From the NCBI GenBank assembly GCA_963662545.2, contig CAXXLL010000002.1:1760001-1824000 (forward strand): a stretch of 64,000 nt of DNA, in the 5' to 3' direction. Below, one piece after another: positions 23,318-33,235 of this stretch. A program made the position numbers and the translations under genes. Each line of letters begins with the position of its first letter. Positions within the stretch are counted from its first letter, which is position 1. The notes beneath the pieces are model-generated. The model did no database searches, had not been told where the DNA came from, and was given only the letters and a program-made list of their open reading frames with translations. Source of the DNA: Gammaproteobacteria bacterium. GTDB lineage: Bacteria > Pseudomonadota > Gammaproteobacteria > Ga0077536.

Positions 23318-24244
23318 TTAATCGACATTATCTTCGTCTGGCGCTTCTTCGATCTGTAGGAGCGTTTGTTGTTTCACGGGCCTGTATTCTAAAACCTTCA
23401 CAACATTGTGCTCCGAACTAAGTTTGTCTCCTTTCATGGTCCAAATATCTTCAATCTCACAAATCAAAACATCTGACTTACTGAACGAAACCTGATTGTT
23501 TTTTACCTTTTGAAGGAAATCGAGATCAGCAATCGTGACAGAAACTGTATTGCCCCCGTCATTGAGTCGCCACTTATTTTTCTCTTTAAACGTGAGAGAT
23601 TCTATGGAAAATGCACCTTTCCTTGTGTTTCTTAGTATCTCTTCTTCGCCCTCAATCACAGGAAGGGAAAAGTATTCTTTATCTTCTTTATATATTGTTT
23701 CTATGACGTCCTTGCCAGACTGAATAACTAATTGATCTATACCTTCTTTATCAAGTGGGGCGGTAACTTTCTCAATCGCCTTACGGATTGAGGTTTCGTT
23801 GTACGCCCGCAGCAGGTCTTTCGGCACATCAAACGATTCACCATCAATCTCAATGCGAACGGTCCCGTTTTCCAGGTCGGTTACTTTTGGTGCTGGCCGC
23901 CCTTTGAGCCTCTTAATAAGTCGAAATAGTCCATAGGTCGTGACACCAACACCACCAATAATGATATCTCTGAGGTTTAAAACGGCATTAACCTCATCGC
24001 TGTTGAAAAGATCGGTGAACTGACTAAATAAAGATTGAGCCAACCCGATATCAACACTAAAACAGCCTGCTTCAACGGCTTTAACGTGCAAGCGAACATC
24101 CACCTTGTCCCCATACAAGAGGCGGCTTGTTTCGTCGAATAATTGGGAAAGGGAGAGCAACGCTGGGGCCAGATCGCGTACGTCCACCGTGTGGTCTTGT
24201 AACGCTTCGCCATCAAACACAATGGTAAACGCTTCGTGAGTCAT
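23318..24244 (-). CDS. Uncharacterised IS passenger protein (308 aa)
   Basis: Intact low-GC ORF inside the TIRs; EALQDHTVDVRDLAPALL N-terminus; function not recognised. Confidence 0.8.
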   Translation of the reverse strand: MTHEAFTIVFDGEALQDHTVDVRDLAPALLSLSQLFDETSRLLYGDKVDVRLHVKAVEAGCFSVDIGLAQSLFSQFTDLFNSDEVNAVLNLRDIIIGGVGVTTYGLFRLIKRLKGRPAPKVTDLENGTVRIEIDGESFDVPKDLLRAYNETSIRKAIEKVTAPLDKEGIDQLVIQSGKDVIETIYKEDKEYFSLPVIEGEEEILRNTRKGAFSIESLTFKEKNKWRLNDGGNTVSVTIADLDFLQKVKNNQVSFSKSDVLICEIEDIWTMKGDKLSSEHNVVKVLEYRPVKQQTLLQIEEAPDEDNVD

Positions 24245-24268
24245 GCCAATGTGTGCCTTGACAAGGCG

Positions 24269-24675
24269 TTAGCCAAAGAAAAAAGTGACAAGTGCCTTCT
24301 GACTTAATTGCCAGATTTCATAGCGGTCTTTCTTAACATACATCTGGCAAGATGATGTCGTCTCATCCCAGACAGGAACAATCACCATTTCATCGGCGAG
24401 ATAGTCCATGGAATTAACGATAATCGCCTGCTCGCTTTTCTCGAAGGTAACCCCACTTACTTGAGGTTACCGCCTTCACATCGAACTACCTTGAACTGAG
24501 TACCGAGCCCATTAGAATTTTGGATATCGAAGAGATAGTTCTGGCGCTTGCGCTGTGGCAGCCTATTCATTTCTGCAACGTCGTTTTTTGCCGCGAGGTA
24601 TAGTTCCTCGAATTTAGAGCCAAGGTCGCATCTGCCCCGCTCGGCGACCCAGTTAAAGGATTCGTTACCCATCAC
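24269..24675 (-). pseudogene. Frameshifted passenger ORF
   Basis: 72-aa ORF stops at 24457; a plausible coding continuation (SGVTFEKSEQAIIVNS...EIWQLSQKALVTFFFG*) runs in another frame. Confidence 0.5.
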
Positions 24676-25709
24676 GATACTAACCTCTCATAGGTGATTG
24701 TCTTACCCGACATTGCGCCAAACAAGGCATCTAATCTGCCTTGCGTATCTACTTCGACGTTGCCTTCATTCAGCCTGAACGAAAACTCGTTAACGTATTT
24801 CTGGCAATGCTTCTTGCTCCAGTGGTGATACACGCCGTTGTAGCCGCGCTTAAGGACCGCCCAGACGCTCTCGATTCCGTTGGTATGTGCCATGCCATTA
24901 ACGTATTCCTTGGCACTGTGCTTAACGCTCTTGTGGGTGAAAAAGAGACCATCAAGGTCAGCATACCCTTTGTGATCATCGGTATAAACCGTCGTTCCAA
25001 CTTCTACGTTTTTGGCGATCTGGCCCTGTAGTGTTTTTTTGTCAATGTTCGATATCGGCAGCGCCTTAACCTTCCCGCCGCGCTCACGCAGACCGAGCAC
25101 CGCCATTTTGCCAACCGCGCCACGGCCAGCGCGGAGTTTCTTGCTGGTGTGTGGCGGTTCGATATCGGACAGCGCCCCTTCCCGCCGCGCTCACGCAGAC
25201 CGAGCACCGCCATTTTGCCAACCGCGCCACGGCCAGCGCGGAGTTTCTTGCTGGTGTGTTGACTCTTTGCCGCCGAGGTAGGTTTCGTCTACCTCTACAG
25301 CCCCACTCAAGGCTTCCATATCTTCGCCACAGGCCAAACGTAAGCGGTGTAGCATGTACCAAGCCGTTGTTTGTGTAACAGATAGTTCCTTGCTCAACTG
25401 TAGGCTGCTAATCCCTTTACGCGCCGTCATCAGCAAGTATGCGGCAAACAACCACTTGCGCATATCCACCTTTCCATATTCAAGCGGGGTGTTGGTCCGA
25501 GCGGTGAAGTAGCTGCGGCAATACCCACACCAGTAACGGCCGATGTCCTTCTTTTGCGGTGTGATCTTATCCTCTCCGCCACACCGCACACAGCAAAGCG
25601 AATCACCCCAGCGGATTTGCTCAAGGTATTTGATTGCATCCGCCTCGGTTGGATATTGCTCCATCAACTCGAAAAGGCTTATTGTTTTTGCTTTTCTGCG
25701 TGCCATCAA
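24672..25709 (-). pseudogene. IS1595-family transposase, disrupted
   Basis: Zn ribbon CVRC/CGYC, KGISSLQL..TAW HTH, VEVDETYLGG, YTDD, HTNGIESVW, YVNEFSFR; split by frameshifts and an internal duplication. Confidence 0.9.
25047..25259. repeat. ~107-bp tandem duplication inside the transposase
   Basis: Identical core 25071-25152 = 25178-25259, with small indels at the copy edges. Confidence 0.9.
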
Positions 25710-25981
25710 TGTGTCCTTAATGTGTCAGTTAATATGGCTGTATTATAGGGTATACAAGAGATGTTTGTCAACTTTCCTGCGTAATTCCCCTTTTTTATGG
25801 GTCCGGGTCGATTATTCTCGGATCTAACCCTTGAAGGATAATAGATGCAAAGAAGCAGATTCAAGCCGTGCGCGAAGGCCCACGGCGGCACGCATCAGCC
25901 GCCGCGCTCATTGCGTAGGTTCATCACCACGGGTTCCTCGACTATGATCAGTCGTAACACTCTTAGGGCTGGGAGACAGGC

Positions 25982-26905
25982 GTGAAAGTTCATCGTTCGG
26001 GCATTTTTGACAACCACGCGAAGGACTATGCTCTCATTCAGGCCGTGCCCTTGGCCGCGGCAATGGGCGCGGAAATTCAAGGTGTGCAGATCGGCGATTT
26101 AACCGACGCCCAGTTCGAAGAGATCCGGCACGCGTTGTTCCGGCACAAGATGATCTATTTTCGCGACCAGGACATAACCCACGCGCATCAGGAAGCGTTC
26201 AGCATAAGGTTTGGAACATTCGCGGAGGATGCATACACCAAGGGAGTGGAAGGCCACGTCAACATCCAACCCGTGGTCAAGGAAGCCGACACCAGCGTGG
26301 CCATGATCTTCGGCTCGGGCTGGCATACGGATTCGCCGTTTCTGGCGCGGCCACCGGCGATCAGCATGTTGTTTGGCGTCGATATTCCGCCCTTCGGCGG
26401 TGATACCATGTGGGCCAACTCGGCGCTGGCCTACGCGTTGTTGAGCGAGACCATGAAGGCAACGATCGCTCCGCTCAAAGTGTGTATGTCTATGCGCGAC
26501 GTGCTGGCCACGGTGCAGTCGGTGATCGAACCTGGCGACAGTACGCTGGGCCGGCTGGCGGCAACGCGGGACGCGGGCCAGCTCGACGAGGCGCTACAGC
26601 GAAAGATCGAAGGCAGCGCGCATCCGCTGGTGCGGACCCATCCCGTTACCGGTGAGAAAGCGCTTTACTGCGATCAAACCTATGCCGTGGGCATTGACGG
26701 CATGACCGAAGCGGAGGCGGAGCCGCTGCTGCGCTATCTCAGCGAGCACATCACCCAACCTGCCCTCACCTGCAGACTGCGCTGGGCGCCCAAGACGCTG
26801 GTCCTGTGGGACAACCGCCTGTGTTTGCATCAGGCGTTCAACGATCACGACGGCTATCGACGCGAGATGTACCGCACTACCATCGCCGGCGAAGCGCCGA
26901 CTTGA
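25982..26905 (+). CDS. TauD/TfdA family Fe(II)/2-oxoglutarate dioxygenase
   Basis: WHTD, GGDTMW, HPLVRTHPVTG, WDNRLCLH, R..YRTT. Confidence 0.92.
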   Translation: MKVHRSGIFDNHAKDYALIQAVPLAAAMGAEIQGVQIGDLTDAQFEEIRHALFRHKMIYFRDQDITHAHQEAFSIRFGTFAEDAYTKGVEGHVNIQPVVKEADTSVAMIFGSGWHTDSPFLARPPAISMLFGVDIPPFGGDTMWANSALAYALLSETMKATIAPLKVCMSMRDVLATVQSVIEPGDSTLGRLAATRDAGQLDEALQRKIEGSAHPLVRTHPVTGEKALYCDQTYAVGIDGMTEAEAEPLLRYLSEHITQPALTCRLRWAPKTLVLWDNRLCLHQAFNDHDGYRREMYRTTIAGEAPT

Positions 26906-26977
26906 ATCGCCTTGCGGCGAACGCAAGTGAGGGTCTAAAACGCAGGCATTGCCGATCGCTAAGCCGCGCCACCCGAG

Positions 26978-27439
26978 TCATTCATGGTGGTAGCCCAGCG
27001 GCGGGAACTGCTCGACGGTTGCCGGTTGGGGCGCCATGAAATCGACATCGATCTGCCGCGTTTCGAACAACCAGGCCCCGTCGAGTCTCACCAGGGTATC
27101 GTGGTAGGTGCCGGTGACGTAGAAGCCTTCATTGGTCTCGTTGCTGACGGCGCTGGCGAGGAGGTAGGAGACGGACTGCGCGCTGTCTCCGTCGACTTCG
27201 ATCAGCGCCGACATGATCATGTGTTTTAAGTGCCGTACGCCCGCGCGGAAATGTTCGTGGTAGTACGCGTACCATCCTTGGATGGCGTCTCGCCCGACCA
27301 CCTCGTATTGACCGTCGTAGTTCGGTTTGAGTATCGCGTCCTCGGCAAACAGCGAGGCGACTTCGGCGGCGCTGCCGCTATCGACCCGATGACAGTAGGC
27401 GGCAAGCGTTTGCTCGATGGCGGTGATTTCATTCGACAT
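26978..27439 (-). CDS. SnoaL/NTF2-like protein
   Basis: YCHRVD, LFAEDA, GTYHDTLVRLDGAWLFETR. Confidence 0.85.
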   Translation of the reverse strand: MSNEITAIEQTLAAYCHRVDSGSAAEVASLFAEDAILKPNYDGQYEVVGRDAIQGWYAYYHEHFRAGVRHLKHMIMSALIEVDGDSAQSVSYLLASAVSNETNEGFYVTGTYHDTLVRLDGAWLFETRQIDVDFMAPQPATVEQFPPLGYHHE

Positions 27440-27453
27440 GGATTATCCTTCCT

Positions 27454-28560
27454 TCACGCGAGCAGATGATTGACCTGCGATGCCGCCTCGAGTTGTACGA
27501 GGTGCCCAAAGCCATCCAATATCTCGACGCTGATGCTCTCCGGTAATCCCTCGGCATGGCTCGGCGGAATGATCTTGTCCTCCGACCCCCAGATCACTTT
27601 GACCGGTATCGACAAGCCGGCGAGACCGTCCCGCAGATCGGTGGATTGTGTTGCACCCTCGATGAAACCAGCGGCGATCGCGCTGAGCGCCTCGGTGACC
27701 CCGTCGATGCGCTTGAACTGCAACATGTCGTTGATCAGCGCCCGGTTGATGAGCGAAGGGTCCGCCACCAATTGCTGCAGCAGCGGTTTCATCTCCTTGC
27801 GGGATTCGGCGGTGATAAAGCCGTTGATGTATGCGGCGTTGATCTCGGCACCGAGTCCCGCGGGTGCGATCAACGCGAGCGATTCAACACGGTCGCCGTG
27901 ATCGATCGCCGCTTGGATCGCGATGGCGCCGCCCAGCGAATGACCGATCAGGCGCGCGCGTTCGATCCCCAGCGTGTCCATGAATCCGACTACGACACCG
28001 GCCAGGGCGGCGACGGAACCGTCGGCAATCGCCTTGGTCGATGCGCCGTGCCCGGGCAGATCCAGCGCGTAGACGCTGGCTTTTTCCGCCAGCGGTTGCT
28101 GCGTGAACAACCAGCGCTCGGCATCGCCACCGAACCCGTGGATCAAAATGATCGTTGCGTCCGCGTCTCCCATTTTTGAATACCGCAGGCGATAGCCGGC
28201 GACTTCGACCATGTCGAATCCGCCGCCGGCGTCTTCTTCGTCCGGTTCTGGCGGGATGTAATTCTCCTGAAATTCTGCGATGTAAGCGTCGACCTCGGCA
28301 TCGCTGATCGCGCGCGGTGCGAGCACCCCGAGCAGGGCGCCGATCGGCAGTACCTCTTCCGCCTGGGCGACCTTACGGCGCAGCAGGCCCGCATCCAGGG
28401 CCTCGAAGGTGTTGGCGATTTTCTCGGTTTCAATCTCCATGATCTCGTCTCCGAGTTTGAGCTCGGCGCCTTCTTCGAGCAGCCATTCCATGACCGTGCC
28501 TTCGATCATGGACAGGCCCCACTTGGGCATGGTGATCGCCGTGATAGGGTCGTCGCTCAC
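27454..28560 (-). CDS. acoC: Acetoin dehydrogenase E2-type subunit (lipoyl domain + alpha/beta hydrolase)
   Basis: MPKWGLSMIEG...IETEKIAN lipoyl domain; HGFGG, GHSLGG hydrolase motifs. Confidence 0.9.
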   Translation of the reverse strand: MSDDPITAITMPKWGLSMIEGTVMEWLLEEGAELKLGDEIMEIETEKIANTFEALDAGLLRRKVAQAEEVLPIGALLGVLAPRAISDAEVDAYIAEFQENYIPPEPDEEDAGGGFDMVEVAGYRLRYSKMGDADATIILIHGFGGDAERWLFTQQPLAEKASVYALDLPGHGASTKAIADGSVAALAGVVVGFMDTLGIERARLIGHSLGGAIAIQAAIDHGDRVESLALIAPAGLGAEINAAYINGFITAESRKEMKPLLQQLVADPSLINRALINDMLQFKRIDGVTEALSAIAAGFIEGATQSTDLRDGLAGLSIPVKVIWGSEDKIIPPSHAEGLPESISVEILDGFGHLVQLEAASQVNHLLA

Positions 28561-29570
28561 GCGGCGTACTCGACGGCGGTCTTGACCGCCGCTTCGATCT
28601 TCGCCGGGCTCGGCACGTAGAGATCTTCGAGTGCTGGGCTGAAGGGCACGGGCGTATGCGGGGCCGTCACCATTTGAATCGGTGCTTTCAGGTCACCGAA
28701 AGCCTTCTGCGCCACCAGTGCGGAGATATCGGCCGCCATGCCGCAGCGCGGGGTGGCCTCGTCGACGACGACCAGCCGTCCGGTGTTCTCGACACTTTCG
28801 AGGATCGAGTCCTCGTCGAGTGGCGAGGTCGTGCGGGGATCGATCACCTCGCAAGCAATGCCGTTCTTGGACAGCGTTTCGGCCGCCTCGAGCGCAAGGT
28901 GCACCATGCGCCCGATCGCGACGATGGTGACATCATCGCCTTCGCGCACGATGTCGGCTTCGCCGAAGGGAATGGTGTAGGACTCTTCCGGCACATCGCC
29001 TTCGAGCCCGTAGAGCAGTTTGTGCTCGCAGAAAATCACCGGGTCATCGTCGCGGATGGCCTGAATGAGCAGGCCCTTGACGTCGTAGGGCGTGGAGGGC
29101 ACGACCACCTTTAAGCCAGGGATGTGCGTGAACACGGGGTAAAGCGCTTGGGAGTGCTGCGCGGCGGCACGGAAGCCCGCGCCGATCATCGTGCGGATCA
29201 CAACCGGGGTCTTCGCCTTGCCGCCGAACATGTAACGGAACTTCGCCGCCTGGTTGTAGATCTGGTCGAAGCAAACACCCATGAAATCGATGAACATCAA
29301 CTCGCACACGGGCCTCAGGCCCGCGGTGGCCGCACCCACCGCCGCGCCGACGAAAGCCGATTCGGAAATTGGCGTGTCCATGATGCGATCACCGTATTTG
29401 CCGTAAAGGCCCTTGGTGATCCCGAGTACGCCGCCCCAGGCGTCCATTTCACCTTCCGTGCCGGCGCCGCCGACGACGTCCTCGCCCATGACGATGACCG
29501 ATTCGTCACGCGCCATCTCCTGGTCGAGCGCTTCGTTGACCGCCTGCTGAAATGTAATTTTTCTTGCCAT
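28557..29570 (-). CDS. acoB: Acetoin dehydrogenase E1 beta subunit
   Basis: MARKITFQQA, DTPISES, DQIYNQAAKFRYMFGGKAKTP, AAAQHSQ. Confidence 0.92.
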   Translation of the reverse strand: MARKITFQQAVNEALDQEMARDESVIVMGEDVVGGAGTEGEMDAWGGVLGITKGLYGKYGDRIMDTPISESAFVGAAVGAATAGLRPVCELMFIDFMGVCFDQIYNQAAKFRYMFGGKAKTPVVIRTMIGAGFRAAAQHSQALYPVFTHIPGLKVVVPSTPYDVKGLLIQAIRDDDPVIFCEHKLLYGLEGDVPEESYTIPFGEADIVREGDDVTIVAIGRMVHLALEAAETLSKNGIACEVIDPRTTSPLDEDSILESVENTGRLVVVDEATPRCGMAADISALVAQKAFGDLKAPIQMVTAPHTPVPFSPALEDLYVPSPAKIEAAVKTAVEYAA

Positions 29571-29582
29571 GGTGCGGGCCTC

Positions 29583-30557
29583 TCAGTACTTGATGTAAAC
29601 GTCGGTCAAGAGATCGGACGAGTCGGGCTCGGGGGAGCTTTCCGCGAACGCGACGGCCGCCTCGATGAGCTGGGCGACTTCGTCGTCGATGGCGGAAAGC
29701 TGATCCGGGGTGATGCCGTTTTCAGCCGTCACCTTCGCCGAGAAGCGCTTGATGCAGCAGGTATTCTCTCGCAATTTCTTGACCTCGTCCTTGGGACGGT
29801 AACTCTGGTTGTCGCCTTCGAAGTGACCGTAGAAACGGTCGAGCTTGTGCTCGATCAAGCTCGGTCCGCCGCCGGAGCGGGCGCGTTCCGCGGCTTCTGC
29901 GAACGCTTCGTGTACGGCGAAGAAATCGTGGCCGTCGATAGTTTTTCCCGGCATGCCGAAACCCGCGGCGCGCTCGGATATGTTTTCGCAGGAAACCGAA
30001 TACTTGCTCGCCGTGGCTTCGGCGTAGCCGTTGTTCTCGAACACGAACACCACCGGCAATTTCCACACCGACGCCAGGTTCATGGCTTCGAAGGTCGTCC
30101 CCTGATTGGAGGCCCCATCGCCGGCGAAGACGACCGCGAGATCGGCCGTTCCTTTCATCTTGGCGGCCAGTGCCGCGCCGCAGGCGAGCGGCGGGCCGCC
30201 GCCGACGATGCCGTTCGCCCCCATCATGCCGGTATCGAGATCGGCGATGTGCATCGAACCGCCTTTGCCGTGGCAGATACCGGTCTTCTTACCGTAGATC
30301 TCGGCCATCATGCCGTTTACCTCCACGCCCTTGGCAATGCAATGGCCGTGACCGCGATGGTTACTGGCGACACGATCGTCGTCGCGCAACTGCATGCCTA
30401 TCCCCGCCGCCGAGGCTTCTTCGCCCGCGTAGAGGTGGACGAATCCGGGGATCCCGCCCTTGGTGAATTCAATGTGTACCCGATCCTCGAATTCACGGAT
30501 GGTCTTCATAGTACGGTAGCTGTCGAGTAGGTCCTCGACGGACAAAGCTTGGCCCAT
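29583..30557 (-). CDS. acoA: Acetoin dehydrogenase E1 alpha subunit (TPP)
   Basis: IPGFVHLYAGEEA, HRGHGHCIAKG, GDGASNQG, GHFEGD; start MGQALS after GGGGAG. Confidence 0.92.
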   Translation of the reverse strand: MGQALSVEDLLDSYRTMKTIREFEDRVHIEFTKGGIPGFVHLYAGEEASAAGIGMQLRDDDRVASNHRGHGHCIAKGVEVNGMMAEIYGKKTGICHGKGGSMHIADLDTGMMGANGIVGGGPPLACGAALAAKMKGTADLAVVFAGDGASNQGTTFEAMNLASVWKLPVVFVFENNGYAEATASKYSVSCENISERAAGFGMPGKTIDGHDFFAVHEAFAEAAERARSGGGPSLIEHKLDRFYGHFEGDNQSYRPKDEVKKLRENTCCIKRFSAKVTAENGITPDQLSAIDDEVAQLIEAAVAFAESSPEPDSSDLLTDVYIKY

Positions 30558-30741
30558 GGTCGTCTCCCCTTGATATCCGGCCCTTCGCGCGCCACGCGAT
30601 GAACGGGCGAACAGAACGTGCAAGACTATATCAATCGAGTCCTTTTGATGAAGTCTTTTTGGGTTTTCCTTAACAATGCGGGTCCGCGGCAGGACCGGAG
30701 ACCCAGAAGCACGGACGGTCAAACTCCCGGGAGGAGAAATC

Positions 30742-31209
30742 ATGGATTTCTGCGACCTGATCGAAACGATGACACAGGCTATTGTGCGGGGCGACGGTGA
30801 CGGAGCCGCCGCCTGCTTCGCCGACGGGGGCGTCTATCACGATGTCTTTTATGGCGCTTTCCCGAAGACCGAAATACCGCGTATGGTCTCGGATTATTTT
30901 CATCGCGATGCCGAGCGGTTTCGGTGGGATATTCACGATCCGGTCGGCAACGCCGACCTAGGTTATGCGCGCTACGTGTTCAGCTACGACGCGAAGCTCG
31001 CCGGCAGCGAGGGCAAGCGGGCGGTGTTCGAGGGCGTTGCGGTGTGCCGGCTGGAAGAGGGTTTGATCACGAGCTATACCGAGGTCGCGAATACGTCGAC
31101 CGGACTCCAGTTGCTGGGATTTCCCGCGGAGCGCCTGGCCCGCATCGTCGGCCGGCAGGTCGACGAATTGACGGCCCGCGACGAAGTCGCTGAGCATCTC
31201 GGTCCTTGA
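30742..31209 (+). CDS. SnoaL-like protein
   Basis: GDGDGAAACFADGGVYHDVFYG; RBS GAGGAG. Confidence 0.8.
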   Translation: MDFCDLIETMTQAIVRGDGDGAAACFADGGVYHDVFYGAFPKTEIPRMVSDYFHRDAERFRWDIHDPVGNADLGYARYVFSYDAKLAGSEGKRAVFEGVAVCRLEEGLITSYTEVANTSTGLQLLGFPAERLARIVGRQVDELTARDEVAEHLGP

Positions 31210-31257
31210 ATCACGGTAGCGCAGTGCGCGGCAACCGGGTGGTTGGGAGACAGCTTG

Positions 31258-32238
31258 ATGCAGGGACGTGACCTCACAGCGGATCCGATCACCCTGGCCG
31301 AATTCGACCAGGCGGCGGCCGCAATCTACGGTGTGCTCGCGCCAACGCCTCAGATCGCCTGGCCCTTACTGGCCGAGCGCTGCGCCTGTGAAGTCTGGGT
31401 CAAGCACGAAAACCATCTGCCGACGGGTGCGTTCAAGGTGCGTGGCGGCCTGTGGTTTATGCAGCGCTTGATAGAGTCGGGCGAAGCGCCGACCGGCGTC
31501 ATCGCGGCCACCCGCGGGAACCATGGTCAGAGCATCGCGTTTGCGGCGCGCCGGCAGGGCATCGGCGCCGTCATCGTCGTTCCGCACGGCAACAACCCCG
31601 AGAAAAACCGCTCGATGCGGGCGCTCGGCGCCGAACTGGTCGAATACGGGGCGGATTTCAACGAAGCCCTAGCTCACGCGGCCGTTGTGGGGCGCGAGCG
31701 CAGCCTTTACACAATGCCCTCGTTTCACTCCTTGCTGGTCAACGGGGTCGGAACCTATGCGCTGGAACTGCTGCGCGCGGTGCCGGATCTCGACGCCGTG
31801 TACGTGCCCATCGGCCTCGGTTCAGGCATCGCGGGCATGCTGGCGGCGCGCGATGCCCTCGGCCTCCACACCGAGATCATCGGCGTCGTAGCCGAGCGTG
31901 CGGATGCCTATGCCCGATCCTTCGACAGCGGCGAGGTCGTGAGCACCGTCGCGGCAGACACGATTGCCGACGGCCTCGCCGTTCGCATACCCGACGCCAA
32001 TGCCCTGGCGTATCTCAAGACCGGCGTGTCCCGCATCGTGCGTATTGCCGACGACGATATCCTCGCCGCCGTCCGCATCCTGTTCGAGGATACGCATAAC
32101 CTTGCCGAAGCGGCGGGTGCGGCACCGCTGGCGGCATTGTTGCTTGAACGCGATGCGATGCGCGGCAAGCGAGTTGGCATCATCCTTTCCGGCGGAAATA
32201 TCGACCGGGCGACATTCGTCAAGGCACTGTCACACTGA
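31258..32238 (+). CDS. PLP-dependent threonine dehydratase-like protein
   Basis: KHENHLPTGAFKVRGG, TRGNHGQS, PIGLGSG, LSGGN. Confidence 0.9.
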   Translation: MQGRDLTADPITLAEFDQAAAAIYGVLAPTPQIAWPLLAERCACEVWVKHENHLPTGAFKVRGGLWFMQRLIESGEAPTGVIAATRGNHGQSIAFAARRQGIGAVIVVPHGNNPEKNRSMRALGAELVEYGADFNEALAHAAVVGRERSLYTMPSFHSLLVNGVGTYALELLRAVPDLDAVYVPIGLGSGIAGMLAARDALGLHTEIIGVVAERADAYARSFDSGEVVSTVAADTIADGLAVRIPDANALAYLKTGVSRIVRIADDDILAAVRILFEDTHNLAEAAGAAPLAALLLERDAMRGKRVGIILSGGNIDRATFVKALSH

Positions 32239-32252
32239 CAGGGGGAGGGCGC

Positions 32253-32750
32253 GTGAAACTGGAAGGCTCATGTTGTTGCGGGAAAGTGCGTTTTTCGCTG
32301 CGATCCGACCACCCTTATCCGTTCAATCTGTGCTACTGCTCGATCTGCCGCAAGACGGCGGGCAGCGGTGGATACGGTATCAATCTCGGTGGCGCGGCGG
32401 ATAGCCTCGAAGTGCGCGGGGAAGAGCACATCAAGATGTTTCAGGCATTGATCCGTGATCAGGCCACCGGCAAATCCGAACGAAGTCCCCTTGAACGCCG
32501 TTTTTGCGGGGCCTGCGGTACGCCGCTGTGGGCGTGGGATCCGCGCTGGCCCGAATTGATCCACCCGTTCGCCTCCGCGATCGATAGCGAGCTTCCAATC
32601 CCGCCCGAGCGGACCCATCTCATGGCGGGATCAAAAGCGCCGTGGGTAGAGATCTTCGCGGGGCCGAAAGACCAGCATTTCGATGATTACCCCGAAGAAT
32701 CGATCGCGGCATGGCACGAACGTCTGGGGCTGGAACGGTCCGGCGATTGA
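32253..32750 (+). CDS. GFA family (Mss4-like) Zn protein
   Basis: GSCCCG, CYCSICRK, RRFCGACGTPLW. Confidence 0.9.
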   Translation: MKLEGSCCCGKVRFSLRSDHPYPFNLCYCSICRKTAGSGGYGINLGGAADSLEVRGEEHIKMFQALIRDQATGKSERSPLERRFCGACGTPLWAWDPRWPELIHPFASAIDSELPIPPERTHLMAGSKAPWVEIFAGPKDQHFDDYPEESIAAWHERLGLERSGD

Positions 32751-32848
32751 TTTCGGGGCAAGCTGCTAGTGACGGTTCGACAAGGTGTTTACGACGCCTG
32801 GCGCCTACGTGGCGATGAAGATCGGTCCCATTCGAGGATTTTCTTAAT

Positions 32849-33076
32849 TCATTTGGCCCGTCTGATTAGAAACCGGTAGACGTCGCCCTCTTGCGAGGAC
32901 TCGACCAATTCGTGCCCCGTAGCTCGGCAGAATGCTTGAAAGTCCGCGTCGGCCGCCGGATCGGTCGCGAGGATTTCAATAGTTCCCCCGACGGGTACGT
33001 CTTTCATCGATCGCTTGGTCTTGAGGATCGGTAAGGGACAGTTGAGACCCTTGGTATCGAGTAGAAGATCAGCCAT
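32849..33076 (-). CDS. tusA: Sulfur carrier TusA
   Basis: LDTKGLNCPLPILKTK...ATDP..DFQAFC. Confidence 0.93.
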   Translation of the reverse strand: MADLLLDTKGLNCPLPILKTKRSMKDVPVGGTIEILATDPAADADFQAFCRATGHELVESSQEGDVYRFLIRRAK

Positions 33077-33235
33077 GGTCGAAACGAGCTTGCGCGAATG
33101 TGTTTCGGAACATGCAGCGTATCAAAAAATGACCCGGCGCTGTCCTCCCCTCGAACTCGGTTAGCACCGATGGGGCGGCAGTACCCGTGCTAGCATGGTT
33201 TGCATGCGAACCATAGGGCGGCCTAGGCTGCGAAA

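Larger units (their letters stand above)
23071..25789 (-). mobile_element. IS1595-family transporter IS (tIS) with passenger genes
   Basis: TIRs GGGAATTACGCAGAAAAGTTGACA (23071-23094) and TGTCAACTTTCCTGCGTAATTCCC (25766-25789), 23/24 match; 8-bp TSD CTTTTTTA (23063-23070, 25790-25797); low GC; IS1595 transposase inside. Confidence 0.92.
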
